NCBI GenBank assembly: GCA_964291265.2
Contig: OZ219747.1
Location: 2,080,001 to 2,144,000 of the forward strand
Source: Alphaproteobacteria bacterium
GTDB taxonomy: Bacteria > Pseudomonadota > Alphaproteobacteria > SP197
Length of the DNA stretch: 64,000 nucleotides
Direction of reading: 5' to 3'
The translations under genes and the position numbers were made by a program. This document shows, in pieces, positions 20,885 to 30,706 of the stretch; the stretch's first letter is position 1, and each line of letters opens with the position of its first letter. Below the pieces are notes generated by a model, which had not been told where the DNA came from, searched no databases, and was given only the letters and a program-made list of their open reading frames with translations.

Positions 20885-22933
20885 ATATCACCAACAATCA
20901 CCGCGTGGCCGAACGCTTACGTCTCGCTCGTGCACGCGATCTCCGGCATCAAGCTCTCCGAGGCGACCTGCCTCGGCTATGTCCGGCGCTTTCACGATGC
21001 CCTCGCATCATGGGAGGAGGCCGCCGTGGCCCATCTCCTGCAACAACCGGCCCTGCATGTCGACGAGACCGGCTTCCGGGTCGCCGGCAAGACCCAATGG
21101 CTCCATGTCGTCACCGACGGCACCCTGACGTGCAAGTTCCCGCACCCCAAGCGCGGCCGGGAGGCGATCGAAGAGATCGGCATCATCCCGCGCTACAAGG
21201 GCGTCCTGATCCACGACTGCTGGGCTGCCTACATGGGCTACGATCAATGCCGCCACCAACTGTGCGGCAGCCATCTCCTGCGCGAACTGACCTTCGTCGT
21301 CGAGTCCAACGGCTACCGCTGGGCGCGACTGATGAAAAGCCTGCTGCGCGAGGTCTCCCGCAGGGTCAACAAGAGCGCATCCAAGACCTTGAACGAGGCC
21401 GACCGCCGGGCCGTGCGCAAGCGCTACCGCACCATCCTCACCCAGGGCGCCAAGGAACTGCCCGACATCCCGCCACGGACGAAAGGAAAACGTGGACGCA
21501 TCGCAAAGTCCGACGCGCACAACCTGCATGAACGTCTCGTGAAACACGAGAAGTCCGTCCTGCGCTTCATGAAGGACCCCAACGTCAGTTTCACCAACAA
21601 TACCGGAGAGCAGAAGATCAGGATGACAAAGGTCAAGATCAAGGTGTCCGGATGTTTCCGCACCATGCCCCACGCCAAAGCATGGTGCCGAGGCTCAAGC
21701 TACCTCACCACCATGGACGCACTCGGCTACAACCCTCACGTCGCCATCCACATCGCCCTCGACGGAAAGGCCGTAGACATCCTCAACCAACACTACGGAC
21801 AACCAGACCCTAACAAGGGGTGAGTAGTTACGATGGCGAAGCACTTCACGTGGTCCATCGACGACGAGGGTGTCTTCACCTATGGGCGCGATGAGGTTGC
21901 CATCGCCGCCGAGGCCAGGCTCGACGGCCTCTACGTGATCCGCACCAGCCTGCCGCAGAGCGAGCTCGACGGTCCCGGCACGGTGCGCGCCTACAAGCGG
22001 CTGAGTTCGGTGGAACGGGCCTTCCGCAGCCTGAAGACCGTGGATCTGAAGGTCCGCCCCGTCTACCACCGCACCGAACCCCGGGTCCGCGCCCATGTCT
22101 TCCTGTGCATGCTCGCCTACTACGTTGAATGGCACATGCGCCAGAGACTGAAGCCCATGCTGTTCGACGACGAGGATGCCGAAGGCGCCGAGGCCCGGCG
22201 GCCGTCCGTCGTGGCGCCGGCAGAAGTCTCGGCGAGCGCCCGGGCCAAGGCGGCAACGAAGAGGACGCCCGGGGGTGATCCGGTGCACAGTTTCCGCACC
22301 CTCCTCGATGATCTCGCGACCATCACCCGCAACACCGTGGCGCCCCGCCTTGCGGGCGCCAAACCCTTCCAGGTCACCACGCGGCCCACGCCGCTCCAGA
22401 GAAGGGCGCTCAAGCTTCTGGGCGTGGAGCCGTAGTGTACTCAGTCAGATGCTTCTGAGATCCATCGAATGTCATTCATATCAGGTACTTGCACTTGATC
22501 GGCGCTGGAACTTCGGGCTAGAACATCAAGAACCAAGCATCCGGGCCGAAAACGCTGCCGGTGTCGCCATGCGGACGGCACTGAAGCCACGGAATCCGTC
22601 CAGGACATCCCGATTCGGCCTCGATTCGTCGGCCTCGCGAAAGATCAGATGGCCGATTCGGGCGCGATTCATCGGCTTCCCGAAAAATCAGCCGTAGCGT
22701 AGGAAAGTCCTGTGCGCCGGATCAGCCTTCCAGCGCTCAGTGGAATGAACCCTTCATGGGGACTTACCCCGGTCCCCTACCGCGACAAGCCCCTGCGAAA
22801 CATGACAGAGACGAGGGAGGTCACATCTGCCCGGCATCCGCTCCCTTCCTTCTCCGGGAGCTGTCGCGGCATTGCGCAAGGGGTCCGGACCGGATATCTG
22901 ATCGCGCAGCCACCCGTATCGGAGCAGCCCACC

Positions 22934-24103
22934 ATGCCGAACCTGGTTCCTCCGCATGGCGGCGGCGCGCTGAAGCCCCTGCTGCTCCCTGCGGCGGAGA
23001 TCGCGGACGAGATCGAACGTGCCCGTCGGCTGGTCAGGGTTCCATTGATCAGCCGGGAGATATCGGACCTCTTCATGCTGGCAATGGGCGCCTACACTCC
23101 TCTGGCGGGTTTCATGGGGAGAGCGGACTGGTACGGCTGTTGCGTCGACATGATGACATCCGATGGTATTTTCTGGCCGGTTCCCATCACCGTTTCCTGC
23201 GACGAGGATCACGCCGAGGGCATCCGTACTGGCGACGAGGTCGCACTGGTGGATGGCATGACCGGGGAGATCCTGGCGATCCAGACGGTCAACGAAAAAT
23301 ACCCCATCGACCGGGAGCTGGAGTGCCGCGAGGTCTTTCGCACGACGAACGACGTCCACCCCGGCGTCAGGAAAGTCCTGGAACAACCGGCGATCAACCT
23401 GGGCGGTCCGATCGCGGCGCTCTCCGAGGGTCATTTCCCCCGCACCTACGCGGAGCTTTACTTGCGGCCCGTGCAAACGAGGGCCATGTTCAGGGCCAAT
23501 GGATGGTCAACCATCGCGGCCTTCCAGACCCGCAATCCGATGCATCGCAGCCATGAACACCTGGCCAAGATCGCCGTCGAGATGTGTGACGGACTTCTCA
23601 TTCATCAGGTACTCGGCGCTCTCAAGCCCGGTGACATTCCGGCAGGCGTGCGGGCCAAGGCGATCAACGCGCTGGTGGAGAACTATTTCGTGCCCGGAAC
23701 AGTCATCCAGGCGGGCTATCCCATCGAGATGCGCTATGGCGGCCCGCGCGAGGCTCTGTTGCACGCGGTCTTTCGCCAGAATTTCGGATGTACCCATCTC
23801 GTGGTCGGCCGCGATCACGCCGGTGTGGGAGACTTCTACGGTCCGTTCGATGCTCACCACATCTTCGATGCCCTGCCGGCCGGCAGCATGGAAATCCGGC
23901 CGCTCAAGATCGACGTCACGTTCTTCTGCTACAAGTGCGGCATGGCGACCGGCAAGACCTGCCCGCACGGGGAAGAAGACCGTCTGGCCATATCCGGCAC
24001 CCGGTTGCGCGCGATGTTCGCCAATCACGAGCCCATTCCCGAAGAGTTCAGCCGGCGCGAGGTGATCGATGTGCTGCAGGCCCATTACGACAGTCTTGCC
24101 TGA
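22934..24103 (+). CDS. sat: Sulfate adenylyltransferase (ATP sulfurylase)
   Basis: [51 protein letters not shown]. Confidence 0.96.
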   Translation: MPNLVPPHGGGALKPLLLPAAEIADEIERARRLVRVPLISREISDLFMLAMGAYTPLAGFMGRADWYGCCVDMMTSDGIFWPVPITVSCDEDHAEGIRTGDEVALVDGMTGEILAIQTVNEKYPIDRELECREVFRTTNDVHPGVRKVLEQPAINLGGPIAALSEGHFPRTYAELYLRPVQTRAMFRANGWSTIAAFQTRNPMHRSHEHLAKIAVEMCDGLLIHQVLGALKPGDIPAGVRAKAINALVENYFVPGTVIQAGYPIEMRYGGPREALLHAVFRQNFGCTHLVVGRDHAGVGDFYGPFDAHHIFDALPAGSMEIRPLKIDVTFFCYKCGMATGKTCPHGEEDRLAISGTRLRAMFANHEPIPEEFSRREVIDVLQAHYDSLA

Positions 24104-24164
24104 CACGGCGTTCTCGGCGGCGCGGTCTCGGCAAGGGTCGGCTCAGGCTCATGGTGACACCTGA

Positions 24165-24917
24165 ATGATCATCGCCCAGATCAGCGATACCCACGTCGAA
24201 GCGAAGTCGTCAGCAGGGCCAGCCGGAGCCGATCGGGCGCTCAACCTGAGGCAGTGCGTCGCCGACATCAATCTGCAGGATGTCGATGTAGTCGTCCACA
24301 CGGGCGATTGTGTCCATCGGGGAGATCCGGGGGCCTATGCTCACTTGCGCGAAATCCTGGACGATCTGTGCGCGCCCCTGTTCATTGTTCCCGGCAACCG
24401 TGATCGGCGGGGTGAACTGTGCATCGCTTTCGAACAGCTCGCCTCGCTGCCCCCGCCTGGCGACTTTCTTCATTACGCGATCAACGCGTTTCCCATGCGC
24501 CTGATTGCCCTCGACTCGGTGGTCGACGGCGAACGAAAAGGGGTCTTCTGTGAACGCCGGCGCCGGTGGCTGGACGAAACACTGGGCGATGAACCTGACA
24601 GGCCCACGATCCTGTTCATTCATCATCCACCATTCGACATCTCACCGCATTATGTCGGAGGTTACAGGGATTCGAACGAGGCAGCAGAATTCGAAGCGCT
24701 GGTCGCGCGTCATCCGCAAGTCGTCAGGCTGCTGTGCGGTCATGTCCATTGCTTTCACCGGGAAACCTGGGGCGGCACCCTTGCCACAGCCATGCCGAGC
24801 GTGGCGGTCGATCTGCGAAAGGGGGTCCATCCAACCATCGGGACGCGGCCGCTCTACTGCCTGCATGCCACCACCGCCGACATGAATCTCGTCACGCAGG
24901 CCAGGATTGTCCCGTAA
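24165..24917 (+). CDS. Calcineurin-like metallophosphoesterase (CpdA/GpdQ-like)
   Basis: ISDTH, HTGD, PGNRD, HHPP, LCGHVH. Confidence 0.88.
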   Translation: MIIAQISDTHVEAKSSAGPAGADRALNLRQCVADINLQDVDVVVHTGDCVHRGDPGAYAHLREILDDLCAPLFIVPGNRDRRGELCIAFEQLASLPPPGDFLHYAINAFPMRLIALDSVVDGERKGVFCERRRRWLDETLGDEPDRPTILFIHHPPFDISPHYVGGYRDSNEAAEFEALVARHPQVVRLLCGHVHCFHRETWGGTLATAMPSVAVDLRKGVHPTIGTRPLYCLHATTADMNLVTQARIVP

Positions 24918-25215
24918 CGGCAGGCAGACTGAGAATCGCCATGCGATCACGCGGCAGAAGGCTGTCGGAAACTCAGATGCTGCCGCAGCATGGAGGCCCC
25001 TGCCTCCGGGTCTCGACCGCTCCGCGTCGCACTTCGCGTACGACGCGGAGAGCCTCATCGGGCACTCTGCCGGACTTGCTCGCGAGCCGCAATCGTGCCT
25101 GTGCGTCCGAATCAACCGAGGCAGTGCAGGAGGGTCCGCTTTCCGGCGCGCAGATGGCGGCGCGGAACGGGTCCCGGTTCGGTCCGCTGCCTTTCCGGCG
25201 AGGCCGTCAGCAGGC

Positions 25216-25752
25216 GCCCCAGGAGGCCTGGTATGTGCCGGCCTGTCGTGGACATGTGCGAGGGCCTGCCGGGCTGGGAGGCGTTGAACGATTGCACGGC
25301 ACTCTTCGAGACCGCGGACACCGCGCCTTCGGGACGCTTCCTCGACTATCCGGCCGAGTGGGGTGATTCGAACAGCAAGCGCATCGAGGCGCTCGATCTT
25401 GATGACGTTTCCATTCCGTCGGGAGGCGAGGGTTCGCTCATCACGGAGATCCGCTCGGCCGTCGAACGCGAGGCGCCGCTGCTCCTGATGTTCCGGGAGC
25501 CGCACTGGATCCATGCGCAGATCGACCTTCAGCGCGTCTTTCTTCCCGAGTACTTCGATGGCTGCCGCTCAAGGAGTCGCACCCGGGCGCTTGGAGACTG
25601 CTCGAGGTCTATTGTCGATCACCAATGCCGAGCAGGCCCAGATGATGTCGGAGATTGACGACAAGGGCTGCGATCTGACGGAAGTCGTCCGGGAATGGCT
25701 CGACAACAATTCCGGAACGGTCGAGGGCTGGATCGATCAGGCGTCCATGTAA
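25216..25752 (+). pseudogene. 5'-truncated, frameshifted copy of the ABC substrate-binding gene; start of repeat copy 2 (25216-26325)
   Basis: Matches 2831-3455 with a 2-bp deletion near 25234 and an ~90-bp deletion near 25566. Confidence 0.92.
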
Positions 25753-25831
25753 CGACTGGCGTCCTTTCCGGGAGAGGATCGGGGAGGCTGGTGTTGCGCC
25801 GGTCTCCTCCTTTTCTTGAGCACAGTCGCGA

Positions 25832-27847
25832 TCACCCTGCCCGGGTGAGCACCAGGTTGTGATGCCGGTCCCTGGTGGCGGACCAGCCATCGGGCACCGC
25901 GATGGTGGCCGTGTCGTCCTCGATCAGGGCCGGCCCTGCGAGTGCCGCACCGGGCACCATCGCGGTCCGGTGACCGATGACGCCGTCACGCCATTCTCCC
26001 TGGTCGTGGTAGCGCGAGGGCTGGAAGGGGATCCCCTCGTTGCCCGGTTCCTCCTTCAGCGCCGGCACGTCCTCGAGCGGAGCCGACACGCCGAGACGGA
26101 AGGCGACGATCTCGATGGGTCTGGAGGCATCCCCGCCATGCATGAAGACCCTGTGATGCTCATCGGCAAAACGTGTCCTGAGACCACTGGTTGTCAGCCC
26201 TGACGGCGGATCCATGGGGACCGCGACCTCGAATGCCTGTCCGACGAACCTCATGTCGGCAACGAACGACATGCGTGGCCGAGACCCAAGGCCCATCAGG
26301 ACAAAGCGCTCGACCGCGCGCCTTGTCATGTCGCGATAGACATCGGCGATGGCGGCGGGCGCCGCCTCGTCGAGAAGCATCTTGCTCGTGACGGTGGAGA
26401 ATTGCCGATAGTCGGAGGCGATGAGACCGTAGGCCGACAGGACGCCGGCGTGGGGTGGCACGATCACGGTGGTCATGCCGAGGTCCGCGGCGACATGTGC
26501 CGCGTGAAGAGGGCCGGCGCCCCCGAAGGCGACAAGGGCGTGGTCTCTCGGATCCTTGCCACGCTCGGTGGATACGATCTGCATGGCGCGCACGATGGAA
26601 GCGTCGGCGACACGGATGGCGGCATCGCAGATGTCCTCGAGGCCCATGGCGAGGGAGTCTGCCAGGGGCCGGAAGGCCTCGCGCGAGGCCTGCTCGTCGA
26701 TCGCCATGCGTCCGCCCAGAAAGGACTCGGGTTTCAGGGTTCCGCGAATGACATGGGCATCGGTGACCGTTGGCCGTGTTCCGCCACGGCCATAGCAGGC
26801 CGGGCCGGGATCCGCCCCGGCGCTGACCGGACCGGCGCGCAGCATGCCGCCGCCGTCGATCCAGATGATCGATCCGCCGCCCGCGCCAATCGTGTTGATG
26901 TCGATGATCGGGGTGCGCACCGGAAGGCCGCCAAGGGCGAACTCTGCGGTGAGCTCGGGTTCCCCTTCGGTCACGAGACAGACGTCGGTGGAGGTTCCTC
27001 CCATGTCCAGGGTGACGAGATTCCGGTAGCCGGACCTGCCGGCCTGGCGGATGGCGCCTGTGACGCCGGCGGCCGGCCCCGAGAGCAGGGAGGTGATCGC
27101 GTTGCGTCTCATGCCTTCCGCCGGCAGGCGGCCACCGTTCGACTGCATGACCGAAAAGTGTCCGGCGAACCCGTCTTGCGACAGGCGCTTCTCGAAGCGT
27201 TCGAGGTAGCGGTTGATGATCGGCTGGACATAGGCCGACAATGTCGTCGTCGATGCCCGCTCGTACTCCCGGAACTCCCGGGTGACGGCAGATGAGCAGG
27301 CGATCTCGAGGCCCTGGCAGTTGCGGGCGATGATCGACTGCAGTTCCTCCTCGTGGGCGGGATTGGCGTAGCCGTTCAGGAGGCAGATGGCGACGGCCTC
27401 GTAGCCGCCTTCGCGAAGATGGGGGACGAGGTCCCGTTCGACGGCCGCGGCGTCGAGCGGCACCAGCACGCTGCCGTCGGCAAGAATGCGTTCCGTCACC
27501 TCGAATGAGTCCCGTCGCCGGACCACCGGTTGAGGCTTGCGGTAGGTGAGATCGTAGACGCGCGAGCGGTTGTGCCGCTGCATGATGAGGATGTCGCGAA
27601 AACCGCTGGTCGTGACAAAGGCGATGCGCGCCCCCTTGCGCTCGAGCACCGCGTTGGTGGCAATCGTCGAGCCGTGCACCAGATCGTCGATCCCCGATAC
27701 CGGCACCTGCGATTCGACGATGGCGTCGAAGGCGCCCTCGTCCGGGCTTTGGGGCACCGACGGCACCTTGGCAATGGTGATGGCGCCGTCGGCGTCAATG
27801 GCCACGAGGTCCGTGAAGGTTCCCCCGACCTCGACTCCCACACGCAT
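25832..27847 (-). CDS. Hydantoinase/oxoprolinase family, A subunit
   Basis: VEVGGTFTD, HGSTIATNA, DMGGTSTDV, GAGGGSI, SAGADPGPACYG. Confidence 0.93.
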   Translation of the reverse strand: MRVGVEVGGTFTDLVAIDADGAITIAKVPSVPQSPDEGAFDAIVESQVPVSGIDDLVHGSTIATNAVLERKGARIAFVTTSGFRDILIMQRHNRSRVYDLTYRKPQPVVRRRDSFEVTERILADGSVLVPLDAAAVERDLVPHLREGGYEAVAICLLNGYANPAHEEELQSIIARNCQGLEIACSSAVTREFREYERASTTTLSAYVQPIINRYLERFEKRLSQDGFAGHFSVMQSNGGRLPAEGMRRNAITSLLSGPAAGVTGAIRQAGRSGYRNLVTLDMGGTSTDVCLVTEGEPELTAEFALGGLPVRTPIIDINTIGAGGGSIIWIDGGGMLRAGPVSAGADPGPACYGRGGTRPTVTDAHVIRGTLKPESFLGGRMAIDEQASREAFRPLADSLAMGLEDICDAAIRVADASIVRAMQIVSTERGKDPRDHALVAFGGAGPLHAAHVAADLGMTTVIVPPHAGVLSAYGLIASDYRQFSTVTSKMLLDEAAPAAIADVYRDMTRRAVERFVLMGLGSRPRMSFVADMRFVGQAFEVAVPMDPPSGLTTSGLRTRFADEHHRVFMHGGDASRPIEIVAFRLGVSAPLEDVPALKEEPGNEGIPFQPSRYHDQGEWRDGVIGHRTAMVPGAALAGPALIEDDTATIAVPDGWSATRDRHHNLVLTRAG

Positions 27848-28255
27848 GGCTCATTCCCCGGCTGCCGGCGGCAGCAGTGTAGTCAATGAAGGCCGATCGC
27901 AGCCAGGCGAACCGGCAGGCATGCGACACCGTCGCGCCACTCTCGGCACTCGTGACTGTCCACACCCTCGTCGCTTTCTCGAATGAACCCGGGAGATCCA
28001 CGTCAGCTTGATGATGGAGACAAGGTTCAGACGTCCTGACCTCGTGAGTTGACTTGATCCGTCCGGACCTTCTTTTTTTCCAACACAATGAACGGGTTTC
28101 CCAGTTTTTTGCTTGACACCATAGCCGCACCTTCGGTGCTGAACGGAACTGTAACCCACTGAAACAAAAAGCGTTCTCTCTCACGACATTCCGCCGGGGA
28201 AGCGGATTCATGCCGTTTCCGTACCCCCGGTGCAACAGGAATCGGGGAGAATGCC

Positions 28256-29392
28256 ATGCTGAAGACTCGCCTCACGCAACGACGGGTCGATGCCCTCAAA
28301 CCAACCGGAAAGACCCGTGACATTCGCGACTCCGACATCCGGGGCTTTGGTGTGCGTGTCCTGCCGTCAGGTCGCAAGAGCTACTTCCTCCACAGCCAGG
28401 TCGACGGCAAGAGGGTCTGGCAATCCATAGGAGACGCCGGGACCATGACCCTGGAGTGCGCCCGGGAGCGGGTGACCTCTCTCCTGGCGTCACGGTCCCA
28501 CGGTGACGAAGCTTCGCCTTCCGTCGCCGCATCCCTCCTGTTCGAGGATATCGCGGACGAAGTCTTCCGGCGCTACCAGCGGCACTGGAAGCCGAGCACG
28601 CTGGAGGTCAACCGCTGCTACTACAGGAACCATATCCTGCCGCGGTTCAAGGGCCGCGCCATAGACGAGATCACGCGACACGACGTTCAGCGCTGGTTCG
28701 CGTCGCTCCACGCGACGCCTGTGGCTGCGGACCGCTCGGCGCCGGTTCTGTCGGTGATCCTGCGTCAGGCGGAGGTCTACGGCTATCGCCCGGAGGGATC
28801 CAACCCATATACCGGCATCAAGCGTTACCGTCGGCGCAATCGCGAGAGATTCCTTGACGACGACGAGGTCCGACGGTTGAGCCGCGCTCTCGACAAGAGG
28901 CCTGCGAAGCAATCTCTCCTGGTCGCGATCGTGCGGTTGCTGCTTCTCACCGGTGCCCGGAAGTCCGAGATTCTGACACTCAAATGGTTGGACTATCGCG
29001 AGGGCAAGCTCTATCTGCGCGACAGCAAGACAGGGCCTCGCACGGTCTGGCTGTCATCGCATGCGCGCCGGATCCTGGACGGGCTGCCCCGAAGCAGCGC
29101 CTGGATCTTCCCCTCCCGTCGCGGGGACCGTTGTCTGTCGAAGAGCGCACTCGGCCGCTTTTGGTGTGACGTGCGTACAGAAGCGGACATCACGGATGTT
29201 CGCCTTCACGATCTGCGACATACATATGCCTCCGTGGCCATTGCCCATGGCGAGACGGTCCTCACCATCGGCCGGCTTCTGGGCCACAACAATCCCGCCA
29301 CCACTCTGAAGTACATGCATCTTGCCGACGCCTCGGTCCACGAGGCGGCAGAGGCTCTCGGTTCGATCCTGGGCGGGAGGGATCAGGCATGA
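28256..29392 (+). CDS. Tyrosine integrase with N-terminal arm-binding domain (pair member A)
   Basis: GFGVRVLPSGRKSY, TGARKSEI, DSKTG, LHDLRH, LLGH...TTLKY. Confidence 0.93.
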   Translation: MLKTRLTQRRVDALKPTGKTRDIRDSDIRGFGVRVLPSGRKSYFLHSQVDGKRVWQSIGDAGTMTLECARERVTSLLASRSHGDEASPSVAASLLFEDIADEVFRRYQRHWKPSTLEVNRCYYRNHILPRFKGRAIDEITRHDVQRWFASLHATPVAADRSAPVLSVILRQAEVYGYRPEGSNPYTGIKRYRRRNRERFLDDDEVRRLSRALDKRPAKQSLLVAIVRLLLLTGARKSEILTLKWLDYREGKLYLRDSKTGPRTVWLSSHARRILDGLPRSSAWIFPSRRGDRCLSKSALGRFWCDVRTEADITDVRLHDLRHTYASVAIAHGETVLTIGRLLGHNNPATTLKYMHLADASVHEAAEALGSILGGRDQA

Positions 29393-30552
29393 CACGCAAG
29401 ATGCGTCTGAGTGATCGTGTCGTTTCCCGGCTGGTGGCCGCACCGGGCGAATTCACTGTCTGGGACACGCGGATCACGGGCCTTGGTGTCAGGGTGCGGC
29501 CTTCCGGTCACAAGTCCTTCGTTCTCCTGGACAACGGCAATGGCTCCTCGAAACGCAGAACTCTGGGTTCCGCGACTCATATGACTGTCGACAAGGCCCG
29601 CTCCCGGTGTCTCGCCATCCAGTCCGGCGCCCTTAAATCCGTGACGGACACGCCACCGTCTCCTCTCTTCGGCGACTTTGTCGAAGATGTCTGGTGCTCG
29701 GAGTGTTTCGATCGATTCAAGCCGTCCACCCAGCGGACCACCGTGACCGCACTCAAGGCTCAACTCCTGCCAGCCTTTGGCGCCATGCCGCTTGACCGGA
29801 TCACACGCAAGGAGGTGATGGCGTGGTTCGACCACTACAGCGGGGCGGCGCCAAGCGGCGCCAACCGCGCTCTCGACACGTTGGGCCAGATCCTCAATCA
29901 CGCCAAGGTCCACGGCCATCTTGAGACCAACCCTGCACGAGGCATTCGCCGCAACCCGCAACGCCGGTTCAACCGGTTCCTGTCCCGGGACGAAACCCGT
30001 CGCCTACATGCCGAACTGGACCGACTGGTCGCAGAACGCCCCGAGCGGACAGCGCAGGCGGACATCATTCGTCTTTTGTTCTATACGGGATGTCGTCTGA
30101 GTGAGATTCGAAGGCTCAAGTGGTGCGAGGTCTGCGCCGATACTCTCGATCTTGAGGACAGCAAGACCGGACCACGAAAAGTCTACCTCAACAGCAAGGC
30201 CCGCCGGATCATCGCTCGTCAGCCCCGGACAGGCAGCGATCATGTCTTTCCATCGCCCCTTGATCCGACCGTACCCATATCGAGCGTCCAGCAGCTGTGG
30301 ATCACCCTCCGCGAACGGGTCGGAATCGAGGATGTGCGTCTGCATGACCTGCGACACAATTTCGCCAGCCAGGCTGTCCTCAACGGTGTGCCGCTTCCGA
30401 CCGTGTCGAGACTCCTTGGTCACCGGCAGGTTTCGATGACCCTGCGATACGCACACGTGGCGGACAGCGAAGTCGAAGCCGCTGCCGAACGGATCGGCGA
30501 AGGAATCGACGCCATATGTCGTTCGAGGACGCACAATCCACCACGACCATGA
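29389..30552 (+). CDS. Tyrosine integrase (pair member B)
   Basis: ATGA-coupled to A; GLGVRVRPSGHKSF, TGCRLSEI, LHDLRH, LLGHRQVSMTLRY. Confidence 0.93.
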   Translation: MTRKMRLSDRVVSRLVAAPGEFTVWDTRITGLGVRVRPSGHKSFVLLDNGNGSSKRRTLGSATHMTVDKARSRCLAIQSGALKSVTDTPPSPLFGDFVEDVWCSECFDRFKPSTQRTTVTALKAQLLPAFGAMPLDRITRKEVMAWFDHYSGAAPSGANRALDTLGQILNHAKVHGHLETNPARGIRRNPQRRFNRFLSRDETRRLHAELDRLVAERPERTAQADIIRLLFYTGCRLSEIRRLKWCEVCADTLDLEDSKTGPRKVYLNSKARRIIARQPRTGSDHVFPSPLDPTVPISSVQQLWITLRERVGIEDVRLHDLRHNFASQAVLNGVPLPTVSRLLGHRQVSMTLRYAHVADSEVEAAAERIGEGIDAICRSRTHNPPRP

Positions 30553-30706
30553 GATCAGCATCACCTCCTCACTGCGCGAGATGGATGACCCGATCCACGT
30601 GCCGCACGGTGTCTTGCACGGGTCGATTCCTTGACGACCTCCCCGGCCTCGGTGCATTCAGTTGGCATCGTACGAGTGCCGGTGTGAAGGACGATCGACT
30701 GACCGC

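Larger units (their letters stand above)
18038..20920 (+). mobile_element. IS66-family element B
   Basis: IR gtaagcgttcggcc at both ends; 8-bp duplication GTCTCGCT at 18030-18037 and 20921-20928. Confidence 0.95.
17454..21823 (+). pseudogene. IS66 transposase A, split by IS66 B (17454-18037 + 20929-21823)
   Basis: NSGLPPSQ, CDACG/CPKC, LHVDETG, IHDCW, QLCGSHLLREL, FTNNTGEQ. RAVSL|VHAI rejoins in frame. Confidence 0.92.
16485..21831 (+). mobile_element. IS66-family element A (single transposase gene) with a methyltransferase passenger
   Basis: Perfect 15-bp IR gtaactactcacccc; 8-bp duplication GATGGCGA at 16477-16484 and 21832-21839. Confidence 0.95.
15356..22435 (+). pseudogene. IS1634 transposase, with a nonsense codon at 15467 and split (15356-16484 + 21840-22435)
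   Basis: MYIEAVPNRSSPPAILLRESYRE, LYDLTSVW, GHSRDGK, LVGDRGM. YKMA|KHF rejoins; then VERAFRSLK and RVRAHVFLCMLAY. Confidence 0.9.
15208..22516 (+). mobile_element. IS1634-family element, interrupted by IS66
   Basis: IR ccgaagttcc/ggaacttcgg; 6-bp duplication GCTAGA at 15202-15207 and 22517-22522. Confidence 0.85.
7738..22712 (+). mobile_element. ISAs1-family element, outermost layer of the nest
   Basis: Imperfect IRs caaggccttcccacgct / caggactttcctacgct (reverse complement); 9-bp duplication TGCGCCGGA at 7729-7737 and 22713-22721. Confidence 0.8.

Noticed and set aside
22712-22933. N-terminal extension of Sat in the ORF track
   Set aside because: Begins at the IS boundary; the conserved start [10 protein letters not shown] with an RBS is at 22934.
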